Below are positions 49,188 to 58,106 of a stretch of 64,000 bases of DNA, piece by piece (position 1 is the stretch's first letter; the number at the start of each line of letters is the position of its first letter). The position numbers and the translations under genes are program-made. Under the pieces are notes generated by a model. It did not search any database. It was not told the origin of the DNA and was given only the letters and a program-made list of their open reading frames with translations. Where the stretch lies: NCBI GenBank assembly GCA_046485135.1, contig JAWOHN010000140.1, forward strand, positions 1,478-65,477, given 5' to 3'. Source of the DNA: Anaerolineales bacterium (GTDB taxonomy: Bacteria; Chloroflexota; Anaerolineae; Anaerolineales; UBA4823).

Positions 49188-50261
49188 GTGCATATTGGGC
49201 TGGTTATTTATGGAAGTTTGCAAACTCGCTCCGGGGGATATCTATATGATCAAAAGCTGGTTGAATTTCTTAACCAAAAAGGTGACCGGGTTACCATTGT
49301 GTCAATTCGACACCAGGATTATCTTCATCACCTGGGGGATAACTTCTCGACTGCTCTGGTCAACTGCCTGCGGGAGCTACCGCTAGATATCCTCCTACAA
49401 GATGAGCTTAATCATCCTTCATTGTTTTGGTTAAACCGGCGGTTGCGCAAAGTGGCTGCCTACCCCTTTGTGACCATAGTCCATCACCTGCGTACGTGCG
49501 AGCCTTTTCCTGCCTGGCAGAAAATAATCTACCGCTGGGTTGAAGGGAAATATCTGACTTCAGTGGATGCATTTGTTTACAACAGCCGGGCTACTCAGCA
49601 GTCCGTGCAAAGCCTGGTTCGAATAAATCGCCCGGAACTGGTCGCTTATCCGGCGGGTGATCGTTTCAAACCGCATATATCAGATGATCAAATCCGCATC
49701 CGGGCACACGCAGCGGGTCCACTCCGTTTGGTGTTCCTTGGAAACCTAATCCCACGCAAGAACCTGCATGTACTCTTGAAAGCGCTATCTGGGCTGGCGT
49801 TAGGCTCATGGCATCTGATTGTTGTTGGCAATATCGATATTGATCCGGCTTATACATTTCGTGTATCGCGCCAGATAGAAGAAGATGGAATTGCCCAACA
49901 GGTACAATTCCTGGGCTCAATCTCTGATCAAAGGCTGGCAGGTATACTTGAAAGCAGTCATGTACTTGCAATTCCATCATCGTACGAAGGCTATGGTATT
50001 GCTTACCTGGAAGGGATGGGCTTCGGTTTGCCCGCCTTAGGAAGCGCAGCCGGCGGAGCGCAGGAAATCATCCAACATGGAAAGAATGGCTTCCTTATCC
50101 AACCTGGGGATAGCGAAAGTTTGACAACCTGTCTGTTGCAGTTAACTCAAAACCGAGTCTTATTGACAGAGATGGGCATAGCTGCCAAAAACCGTTATTT
50201 GACTCATCCCAACTGGGCTACCACTGCAAATCGCATACGGGAATTCTTAAATACACTGTGA
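49188..50261 (+). CDS. GT4-family (GT-B) glycosyltransferase
   Basis: GTG start with GGAG SD (alternative GTG at 49176). SSYEGYGIAYLEGMGFGLPALGSAAGGAQEII, an E-x7-E motif. Confidence 0.8.
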   Translation: MHIGLVIYGSLQTRSGGYLYDQKLVEFLNQKGDRVTIVSIRHQDYLHHLGDNFSTALVNCLRELPLDILLQDELNHPSLFWLNRRLRKVAAYPFVTIVHHLRTCEPFPAWQKIIYRWVEGKYLTSVDAFVYNSRATQQSVQSLVRINRPELVAYPAGDRFKPHISDDQIRIRAHAAGPLRLVFLGNLIPRKNLHVLLKALSGLALGSWHLIVVGNIDIDPAYTFRVSRQIEEDGIAQQVQFLGSISDQRLAGILESSHVLAIPSSYEGYGIAYLEGMGFGLPALGSAAGGAQEIIQHGKNGFLIQPGDSESLTTCLLQLTQNRVLLTEMGIAAKNRYLTHPNWATTANRIREFLNTL

Positions 50262-51019
50262 GTATGGTTGGATCATCTTTGCTTTCCTATTATGGCCTCT
50301 TTCGCTCAATCTTGCGTTACTACGGGATTCCATTCCGCATCCACAGGTTGACCCATTTCTATGCCCAGTTCATCCGCCCGGGCGACTTGTGTTTCGACAT
50401 CGGATCTCACTTGGGCAATCGTATCCTGGCCTGGTCTCGATTAGGCGCACGCATCGTTGCCGTAGAGCCCCAGCCTGTAGCGATGAAATTTCTCAAAATG
50501 ATGTATCACAAACGATCAAACGTTATTTTGGTCGAAAGCGCACTTGGCGCAGAAAAGGGTGACATGACCCTTTTTGTGGACCCTCGCAACCCGACTGTAG
50601 CTACGCTATCCCTTGATTGGATCATGAAAGTAAGACTTCTGTCTTCTTTCTCGAAGGAGCGCTGGAGCACAACCCTCACCGTACCAGTAACCACACTCAG
50701 TGAATTAATTAACCAATATGGTCAGCCATCATTCTGCAAAATTGACGTAGAGGGCTTTGAGTACGAAGTATTAAAAGGCATCAATCGGCCTTTGACCTGC
50801 TTGTCGTTTGAATATATACCAGCGGCAATAGAAACCGCGCTCGCATGCATCTCTCGTTTGTGTTACTTGGGAGAATATCGCTTCCAATGGTCAATTGGGG
50901 AAAATCCGTCTCTCTCCGGTGCGGGTTGGTTCTCGGGAGAGGATATGGCTGATTGGCTGCGATCGCTCTCCCCAGCAGATCCCTCAGGAGATATTTACGC
51001 TCGTCTTCAGGAAATGTAA
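50258..51019 (+). CDS. FkbM-family methyltransferase
   Basis: GTGA overlap with the GT stop (ATG 2 codons later is an alternative). DLCFDIGSHLGNRILAWSRLGARIVAVEPQP. Confidence 0.8.
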   Translation: MSMVGSSLLSYYGLFRSILRYYGIPFRIHRLTHFYAQFIRPGDLCFDIGSHLGNRILAWSRLGARIVAVEPQPVAMKFLKMMYHKRSNVILVESALGAEKGDMTLFVDPRNPTVATLSLDWIMKVRLLSSFSKERWSTTLTVPVTTLSELINQYGQPSFCKIDVEGFEYEVLKGINRPLTCLSFEYIPAAIETALACISRLCYLGEYRFQWSIGENPSLSGAGWFSGEDMADWLRSLSPADPSGDIYARLQEM

Positions 51020-51030
51020 GCGTGTCCGAT

Positions 51031-51963
51031 ATGGAATTTATACCTTTCATTCGCTACCTGGAAGCAAAAAAATATATTGATGATCGATCTTTAAACGCCA
51101 GAGTGTGGGGCGGTTTAGCAGAACATCTCAGCCAGCCAACGATTCCTCGTCCTGTGAAGGTGATTGAAGCAGGCGCTGGGATCGGAACAATGCTTGAAAG
51201 AATGCTTGAGACTCAGCTTCTACAAGAAGCTGATTATACCGGTCTCGATATTGATCTAAATAATATTGCCCATGCCTACAATTGTTTGCCAGTTTGGTCA
51301 GGAGAGTGTGGTTTCAAGATTGAGCAACTTGCTGAGGGTATCCATCTCCTGGAAAAAGGAAGCCAAAGGGTTGAGGCTGGATTCAAGCATGGCGATATCC
51401 TAACTTTTGCAACCATGCCTCAGAACAGGTCGGCTTACGATCTGCTAGTTGCCAACGCATTTTTAGATCTGACCGACATCCCCACGGCTTTGCCGCGCCT
51501 GTTTAGCCTGCTCAAGAGGGAGGGGCTGTTTTACTTCAGTATTAACTTTGACGGCGTAACCATCCTGGAACCGGTAATCGATCCAAAATTCGACCAATTG
51601 GTCCTTGATTTGTACCACCACACAATGGACGAACGTATTACCAACAACCTGCCATCCGGGGACAGCCAATCTGGGCGGCATCTTTTCGCGTATATTCGAC
51701 AGGCGGGTGGGCAAATCCTGGCTGCGGGGGCATCCGATTGGGTTGTATTTCCAGGAGTAAACGGGTATCCAGACCGAGATGCCGACTTCCTGCATTTTAT
51801 CATTCACACAATCCATGCTTCCTTGCAAAGTAATGCGTTGCTTAATCAGAAAGACCTGGAACAATGGATACATACCCGCCATGCTCAGATCAGGCGCTCA
51901 GAATTGGTTTATATCGCTCACCAGATAGATATCCTTGGTAAAATGAGTAATCAATTGATCTAA
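51031..51963 (+). CDS. Class I SAM-dependent methyltransferase
   Basis: Start reset to MEFIPFIRYLE; motif I VIEAGAGIGTMLERM. Confidence 0.75.
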   Translation: MEFIPFIRYLEAKKYIDDRSLNARVWGGLAEHLSQPTIPRPVKVIEAGAGIGTMLERMLETQLLQEADYTGLDIDLNNIAHAYNCLPVWSGECGFKIEQLAEGIHLLEKGSQRVEAGFKHGDILTFATMPQNRSAYDLLVANAFLDLTDIPTALPRLFSLLKREGLFYFSINFDGVTILEPVIDPKFDQLVLDLYHHTMDERITNNLPSGDSQSGRHLFAYIRQAGGQILAAGASDWVVFPGVNGYPDRDADFLHFIIHTIHASLQSNALLNQKDLEQWIHTRHAQIRRSELVYIAHQIDILGKMSNQLI

Positions 51964-51993
51964 CTAGGACTTACACACTATGAAGAAAAAGGG

Positions 51994-52611
51994 TTGGGAA
52001 TTGTGGTGTTGAAATTTATTTTACGGACATATGGCTTATTGATTTTGATTGCGGGCATAATTGTCTTTTTGGATCAATGGACAAAAGCCTGGGTACGCAG
52101 GAATATCCCCTTTGGGGAAATTTGGGCTCCGATTTCTGGCCTGGAGGAGTACGCCCGGATCGTCCACTGGAGAAATACCGGCGCAGCCTTTGGCATGTTT
52201 CAGGATCTAAGCATCGTCTTCACAGTGCTTGCGATTGTGGTTTCTGTTGCGATCATTTATTACTATCCACGTATCCCTAGTGGAGACTGGCCTCTCAGAT
52301 TGGCTTTAGGACTTCAACTTGGTGGAGCGATCGGCAACTTAATCGACCGATTGTTGTTTTCCGGACACGTTACGGATTTTATCTCCGTGCTCAATTTTGC
52401 CGTTTTTAACATCGCCGACGCGTGCATATCGCTGGGCGTAGCAGTGCTAGTCATCGGGGTTTGGATCAATGACCGCCAAAAACCGCCGGATACCGATCTA
52501 GAAATGTTGGACGAAATAGATAACCGGCTGGCAGATTCAACCAAGGACGATTCTCAGGAGAATCCAAAAATTAAGCAAAAGGGCCTATCTGAGGAATATT
52601 GGGGTGACTGA
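51994..52611 (+). CDS. lspA: Lipoprotein signal peptidase II
   Basis: NTGAAFGMF, GGAIGNLIDRL, VTDFI, FNIADA motifs. Non-ATG start (TTG 51994 or GTG 52003/52006), uncertain. Confidence 0.88.
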   Translation: MGIVVLKFILRTYGLLILIAGIIVFLDQWTKAWVRRNIPFGEIWAPISGLEEYARIVHWRNTGAAFGMFQDLSIVFTVLAIVVSVAIIYYYPRIPSGDWPLRLALGLQLGGAIGNLIDRLLFSGHVTDFISVLNFAVFNIADACISLGVAVLVIGVWINDRQKPPDTDLEMLDEIDNRLADSTKDDSQENPKIKQKGLSEEYWGD

Positions 52612-53530
52612 GGACCGAATTCTCCTGGAATACAACGAGCAAGGCGGAAACCGGCTGGATAGGTTCCTGGTGGAACGGCTACCAGCCTTTTCACGCTCAC
52701 GCTTACAGCAGTTAATTCGTGACGGATCTGTGATGGTGAATGGAAAACCTGCCAAGAAGGCCGGTCAAATCCTGGAAAGACCAACAACGGTATCAGTCTG
52801 TCTCCCAGCGCCAGAGTCAGCCGCACTTATCCCAGAAGAGATACCCCTAGACCTTGTATTTGAAGATAAAAATCTGATCGTGATCAATAAGCCGGCGGGT
52901 ATGGTTGTTCACCCTGCAGCAGGGCACGCCAGCGGTACACTGGTGCAGGCCGCTTTAGCACACTCGCCAGAGCTGAGTGTGCTGCAAGACAACCAGCGCC
53001 CGGGTATCGTACATCGTCTGGATAAAAACACCTCTGGATTGATCATCATTGCCAAGAACGCCCCGGCACAGCGCTGGTTGCAGGATCAATTCCGCGCCCG
53101 CAGGGTTGAGAAAATTTATGTGGCTCTGGTCGATGGGCACCCACCCACTCCCGAGGGACGAATTGAGACTCCTATCGGTCGTAGCCCCACCTCTCGCAAG
53201 AGGATGGCCGTTGTTGTTCCCCAAAAAGGGCGCTCTGCCATAACCGAATATCGCACCCTGGAAAAATTCTCCCAGCACAGCTACCTGGAAGTACGCCCGA
53301 TCACAGGCAGAATGCACCAGATCCGTATCCATCTCGATTTTATTGGTTGCCCGGTGGTCGGTGACACCATTTACGGATTGCGAAAGCCCAGTATACCGAT
53401 CAAGCGTCACTTCCTTCATGCTGCCCGCTTGTCGATAACCCTGCCAGGAGAAATCCAACCACGTACTTTCGAAGCGGACCTACCTGAAGAGCTCACTCAG
53501 TTGCTAGAAGATCTTAAACAAAATCAATAA
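52604..53530 (+). CDS. rluD: Pseudouridine synthase, RluA/RluD family
   Basis: S4 domain, [16 protein letters not shown] catalytic Asp motif; GTG start with GAGGA SD, overlaps the lspA stop. Confidence 0.88.
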   Translation: MTEDRILLEYNEQGGNRLDRFLVERLPAFSRSRLQQLIRDGSVMVNGKPAKKAGQILERPTTVSVCLPAPESAALIPEEIPLDLVFEDKNLIVINKPAGMVVHPAAGHASGTLVQAALAHSPELSVLQDNQRPGIVHRLDKNTSGLIIIAKNAPAQRWLQDQFRARRVEKIYVALVDGHPPTPEGRIETPIGRSPTSRKRMAVVVPQKGRSAITEYRTLEKFSQHSYLEVRPITGRMHQIRIHLDFIGCPVVGDTIYGLRKPSIPIKRHFLHAARLSITLPGEIQPRTFEADLPEELTQLLEDLKQNQ

Positions 53531-53541
53531 GAGGACCAGCC

Positions 53542-54579
53542 ATGGAATTAGTAGACCTACGTTCTGACACCGTGACCCAACCAACTTCAAACATGCGCCG
53601 GGCTATGGCCCAGGCAGATGTAGGAGATGATGTTTACGGGGAAGACCCCAACATCAATCGCTTACAAGAATTGTCAGCCGCTTTATTTGAAAAAGAAGCC
53701 GCGTTGTTTTTGGCTTCCGGTACAATGGGCAATCTGGCAGCCGTTCTGGCTCACTGCGGTCGGGGCGATGAGGTAATCCTTGGCAGTAAATCCCACACCT
53801 TTCTATATGAGGCTGGCGGGATTTCTGCTTTGGGTGGCGTGCATTCCTGTCAGCTTCCCAACCAGGCAGATGGCACCATCAACGTTGAGGATATCCTGAG
53901 CGCAATTCGCCCGGATGACCCCCACCAGCCAGTTTCGCGCTTGATCTGCCTGGAAAACACTCATAATCGCTGTGGGGGGATATCGCTGTCTGCCGAGTAT
54001 ACCGCTGAGATTGGCCAACTGGCCCAGCAACATAACTTGCGCTTGCATATCGATGGAGCCCGGATTTTCAACGCTGCTGTCGATCAGGGGGTAAGTGCAG
54101 CAGAACTAGCAGCCCCAGCCGATTCGATCACGTTTTGTTTAAGCAAGGGTTTGAGCGCGCCGGTAGGATCCGTTTTATGTGGTTCCAGAGAGTTCATTGA
54201 GCGGGCTCACCGAATTCGAAAGCAGCTGGGTGGTGGGATGCGCCAGGCCGGCATCCTGGCAGCCGCGGGAATTGTTGCGTTAGAAACAATGACCCAACGC
54301 CTGGAAGAAGACCACCAACATGCCCAGCTACTGGCGCAGGGTTTATCCAATATTGCAGGATTGGTATTAGATCCAAACACACCACAAACCAACATGGTCT
54401 TCCTTTCACTAGCCGAAGGAGTCCCTTTTAGCGCAGACGAGGTTGCTACCGAACTGGCCAAAAAAATGATCCGTGTTGGGGTCACCGGCTCCCGCCGATT
54501 CCGCCTGGTTACCCATTATTGGATTAATGAGCTGGGAATTCAACGCGCCATTGAAGCATTTAAGAGTCTGCTTGGGTAA
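53542..54579 (+). CDS. ltaE: Low-specificity L-threonine aldolase
   Basis: [24 protein letters not shown]-Lys region [13 protein letters not shown]. Confidence 0.88.
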   Translation: MELVDLRSDTVTQPTSNMRRAMAQADVGDDVYGEDPNINRLQELSAALFEKEAALFLASGTMGNLAAVLAHCGRGDEVILGSKSHTFLYEAGGISALGGVHSCQLPNQADGTINVEDILSAIRPDDPHQPVSRLICLENTHNRCGGISLSAEYTAEIGQLAQQHNLRLHIDGARIFNAAVDQGVSAAELAAPADSITFCLSKGLSAPVGSVLCGSREFIERAHRIRKQLGGGMRQAGILAAAGIVALETMTQRLEEDHQHAQLLAQGLSNIAGLVLDPNTPQTNMVFLSLAEGVPFSADEVATELAKKMIRVGVTGSRRFRLVTHYWINELGIQRAIEAFKSLLG

Positions 54580-54706
54580 TGGGCACATAAAAACCGTGAT
54601 GCTGGAATATGGTAAATTTAAAATGTTTCTTACGGCTCTGCCACAAGAAATATTTAACATTCCACATTCTCCTCATGTTGCCGAACTCACGCTAAAAAGG
54701 TCACCA

Positions 54707-54715
54707 TGATATAAT
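54707..54715 (+). promoter_or_regulatory. Extended -10 element upstream of the Xer-like gene
   Basis: TGATATAAT (TGnTATAAT); no good -35 seen. Confidence 0.4.
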
Positions 54716-54722
54716 ATTTGAT

Positions 54723-54740
54723 AATCCCCTATAGGGAATT
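54723..54740. promoter_or_regulatory. 18-bp near-perfect palindrome at the predicted transcription start
   Basis: AATC-CCCTATAGGG-AATT (one mismatched pair). GGAATT recurs in GGAATTCC at 54764-54771, with GGATTCC at 54783-54789. Confidence 0.4.
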
Positions 54741-54794
54741 TATTCACGATTTCATTTAGCTCTGGAATTCCAATGGAACATAGGATTCCTTCGG

Positions 54795-55724
54795 ATGAGC
54801 GAGGAGACAGGTTGCATGCAAGCAGAGATTAACACCTTTTTAGACAGCCTGGAATCCGAAACAACCTATTCTCACAGCACACGCATGGCCTACGGCACCG
54901 ACCTGCGGCTTTTTTTTAACCACTTGCAAAACTCCCTGCAACGCACGCCAACATTAGCCGACTTCAATGCCAACCATGTTGCCGATTTTTTGGAAGCCGA
55001 ACGCCGAGATGGCATGCGTCTGAGTACTTTACTCCGGCGAAGGGCAACCTTGCATGGCTTTGACCGGTACCTGCGGCTGGAGGGGTATACCAAAAAAAGG
55101 TTGCTCACACCCGAACTGCAACTGATCGACAAATCCGATTTTGTTCCCAAAGAGCAAACCAAATATTTATCCACAGATGATATTTCCAGGCTTTGGGAAG
55201 TTTTATCTGTCTCAAATAAACCGCTTGGTATCCGCGACCACGCCATCCTGGCGATGCTCCTAGAAACTGGCCTGTCGGTTAGTGATCTGGTTTCGCTCAA
55301 CCTGTCCGACCTGGACCTGGGAACAGGTTGTTTCCATCTGGTATCTGATACCGGTCAAGATTTCTGGCTCTCGCTCGGAAATTCTCGAGAACCGTTATCG
55401 GTTTTTATCGAAAAAGCGCGGCCGGATTTAAATCCCGCTCCAGGTGAGCCAGCTTTGTTTATCAGCCAAAATGGGATCCGCATGAGCCGGCAGAGCATTT
55501 GGCAAGTCCTGCACAACTCAGGTAAGTCAGCTGGACTTTCTATCAGACTTTGTCCCCGCGTCATCCGCCATACTGCAACGATTAACCTGGTTCGTTCAGG
55601 AAGACCCCTATCTGAGATCCAACTATTTCTCGGCCATACGAACCATTTATCAACCAATGCATTGTTACACCGCTTAGAAACCCAAAAACCCTTGGAAAAC
55701 TCGAACTTGTCGAAAGAATTGTGA
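54795..55724 (+). CDS. Tyrosine-recombinase-fold (XerC/D-like) protein lacking the catalytic Tyr and other active-site residues
   Basis: N-terminal SAM-like domain (TYSHSTRMAYGTDLRLFFNHL) and C-terminal fold (LLETGLSVSDL, RVIRHTATINL, LFLGHTNHLSTNALLH). No Tyr anywhere after residue 124. The ATG at 54816 is an alternative start. Confidence 0.75.
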   Translation: MSEETGCMQAEINTFLDSLESETTYSHSTRMAYGTDLRLFFNHLQNSLQRTPTLADFNANHVADFLEAERRDGMRLSTLLRRRATLHGFDRYLRLEGYTKKRLLTPELQLIDKSDFVPKEQTKYLSTDDISRLWEVLSVSNKPLGIRDHAILAMLLETGLSVSDLVSLNLSDLDLGTGCFHLVSDTGQDFWLSLGNSREPLSVFIEKARPDLNPAPGEPALFISQNGIRMSRQSIWQVLHNSGKSAGLSIRLCPRVIRHTATINLVRSGRPLSEIQLFLGHTNHLSTNALLHRLETQKPLENSNLSKEL

Positions 55725-55731
55725 CAAAATA

Positions 55732-56568
55732 ATGAGTGAATATATTGACATCCAAAAAATTGATGAAATTGCAGATTTTATCCGTGAGCGGATGCCGGTT
55801 CACCCAAAGATCGGCATGATCCTGGGTTCTGGTCTTGGTTCTCTGGCAGAGGATGTGGAGAACAAGAGCAGTATCCGTTACCCCGAGATACCTTCATGGC
55901 CTGTCTCGACAGTAATAGGACACTCAGGTAGGTTGGTGATCGGCCAACTCGAAGGTCAGAATGTGTTTGTGATGCAAGGCCGGGTGCATTACTACGAAGG
56001 CTACTCGATGGCGCAGGTGACGCTACCGGTACGAGTCATGCAACGATTGGGAATACAAATCCTGATCATTACCAATGCAGCAGGCGGGGTCAATCCGGAT
56101 TATGAACCTGGTGACCTGATGTTGATCACGGATCATTTGAACTTAATTGGCATGGCAGGCCTATCCCCATTGCGTGGCCCAAATCTGGATGAAATCGGTG
56201 CACGCTTCCCAGATATGAGCCAGGCTTACGACCGGGATTTAGGTGATTATGCCCGCCAGATTGCAAAAAATAGTGGTATTACTTTACACGAAGGCGTTTA
56301 CGCTGGATTGGCTGGCCCTTCATTTGAAACCCCGGCAGACCTGCGCTTCTTAAAAGCAGCAGGGGTTGATGCAGTCGGCATGTCCACGGTCCCTGAGGTC
56401 ATCGCTGCCAGACATGGGAATCAGAGAGTCCTGGGAATCTCTGGCATTAGCAACAAAGCCAACTTGGACGGGAATACCGTCACCACCCATGAGGAGGTGC
56501 TGGAAGCCGGAACAATCATGGTACCGAAGCTCTTGACGATTATAAGAGGCACACTTAATCTTATTTAG
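55732..56568 (+). CDS. punA: Purine nucleoside phosphorylase (trimeric PNP/PunA type)
   Basis: GSGLG, GHSGRLV, GRVHYYEG, TNAAGG, GPSFETPAE-like and MSTVPEV motifs. Confidence 0.88.
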   Translation: MSEYIDIQKIDEIADFIRERMPVHPKIGMILGSGLGSLAEDVENKSSIRYPEIPSWPVSTVIGHSGRLVIGQLEGQNVFVMQGRVHYYEGYSMAQVTLPVRVMQRLGIQILIITNAAGGVNPDYEPGDLMLITDHLNLIGMAGLSPLRGPNLDEIGARFPDMSQAYDRDLGDYARQIAKNSGITLHEGVYAGLAGPSFETPADLRFLKAAGVDAVGMSTVPEVIAARHGNQRVLGISGISNKANLDGNTVTTHEEVLEAGTIMVPKLLTIIRGTLNLI

Positions 56569-56692
56569 AAGCCGGTATTTGGGCAAAGCAGCTGGTTGGT
56601 CAAAATTCTAACAGGAGAAAGTTTGGCTCTATGGGAGACAACTTATGTCAATCCTAAAGGACCAAAAATCATCCTAATCATTGACATTACTT

Positions 56693-57400
56693 ATGGAAGA
56701 AGCTCTCCGATTTTTCAAGACCTATGAAGCCATTATTTATCTAGGGTTAGGGGGGCTGGCAATTTGGGAAATTCGAAAATTTATTTTGGCTTGGGAAGAA
56801 GTCCGTGGCGCTGCATTTGGATTGGAAAGAGAAAGCGCCCAAGGAAGACTGAATAAATCAGCCATAATGTTGGTATTGATCATGATGATGGCAAGTTTGG
56901 AATTTACAATTGTCTCTTTTGTGGTACCCGCGGTTCCTGAAGCTACTCCTCTCCTCACCCCCACAATCGACCTGCTGGCAACGCCGTCGATTACACTTCC
57001 AGCTTCTGCCCCCGAAACTGAAGAGCAGTTGGCTTCCACCACCCAAATACCGCCCGCATCCCTCCTAGATGAAGACAGCGGTTGTATCCCTGACCAGGTG
57101 ATGATTACCGAACCTGCCAATGGTGAGACAGTCAGTGGCAGGATCACTCTGGTCGGCACAGCCAATGTCCCCAATTTTGGTTTCTATAAGTATGAAGTTA
57201 CTCGCCCAGGTGAAGCCATCTGGCTTCCAATCCAGGCAGGCAGAGAAATGAAAGTGGATGAGCCATTGGGTGAATGGGATACCGAGGTCCTTCCTCAAGG
57301 CGCCTACCTCCTACGGCTGGTTGTCAGTGACAACCAGGGTAATGATGTAGCTACTTGTGTTATCCAGATAAATGTTACCCCACCAAACAGTGGTGGATAA
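56693..57400 (+). CDS. Membrane-anchored protein with P/T linker and Ig-like C-terminal domain
   Basis: Start reset from TTG to ATG (MEEALRFF). Two TM helices; C-terminal ITEPANGETVSGRITLVGTANVPNFGFYKYEV. Confidence 0.5.
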   Translation: MEEALRFFKTYEAIIYLGLGGLAIWEIRKFILAWEEVRGAAFGLERESAQGRLNKSAIMLVLIMMMASLEFTIVSFVVPAVPEATPLLTPTIDLLATPSITLPASAPETEEQLASTTQIPPASLLDEDSGCIPDQVMITEPANGETVSGRITLVGTANVPNFGFYKYEVTRPGEAIWLPIQAGREMKVDEPLGEWDTEVLPQGAYLLRLVVSDNQGNDVATCVIQINVTPPNSGG

Positions 57401-57485
57401 GCAGAGAGCTGCCATCCCGATGAAAAAAACTAACCTTACCCGCACAACGGAAGAGTAATCAAATCGAAACGGTATTGGAGAACGA

Positions 57486-58025
57486 ATGCCAGAAATTCAA
57501 ATCAGGCCCGCAATTGCAACGGATATTCCCAACCTCATCTCTATTGACCATCATTACACCAGTGAGTATGCCTGGCAAATGGATCTTGTTCTTGAAGAGA
57601 CCCAAATGGCGGTTAATTTCCGCCAGATACATTTACCACGATCTGTAAAGGTTGAATATCCGCGCGCTCCGCAATCATTATTGGTCGATTGGAATAAACG
57701 CTCAGGATTATTGATTGCAATCCATGAGGAAGAGGCGGTCGGTTACATCAGCCTTATGCTGAACATTGCGCCCGCCACAACCTGGATCACTGACCTGGCG
57801 GTAATCCGGCGCTTGCGACGCCAGGGGATTGCCAGCGCTCTGGTACTGGCGGGACAAGACTGGGCACGTCAACATAAGACTTACCGGATCGTTATGGAAA
57901 TGCAACCCAAAAATTATCCGGCATATAGCCTTGCTCAAAAGCTGGGCTTTACTTTCTGCGGTTATAACGACCAATATTACGCGAACCATGATATCACCTT
58001 GTTTTTTGCCAAATCCTTAGGCTAA
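57486..58025 (+). CDS. GNAT-family N-acetyltransferase
   Basis: ITDLAVIRRLRRQGIASALV, the acetyl-CoA binding motif A. Confidence 0.8.
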   Translation: MPEIQIRPAIATDIPNLISIDHHYTSEYAWQMDLVLEETQMAVNFRQIHLPRSVKVEYPRAPQSLLVDWNKRSGLLIAIHEEEAVGYISLMLNIAPATTWITDLAVIRRLRRQGIASALVLAGQDWARQHKTYRIVMEMQPKNYPAYSLAQKLGFTFCGYNDQYYANHDITLFFAKSLG

Positions 58026-58106
58026 ATTCACCAGCGGATTGCACCATTGGTAAGTACAATGGCAAAAACGTGTGGCTCATTTGTAAGAAACCTTTGAATT
58101 AACGGT

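Noticed and set aside
54580-58025. Xer-like gene as the edge of an integrated mobile element
   Set aside because: There is no tRNA, flanking direct repeats, phage or transposon genes, or compositional break. The protein also lacks the catalytic residues needed for integration.
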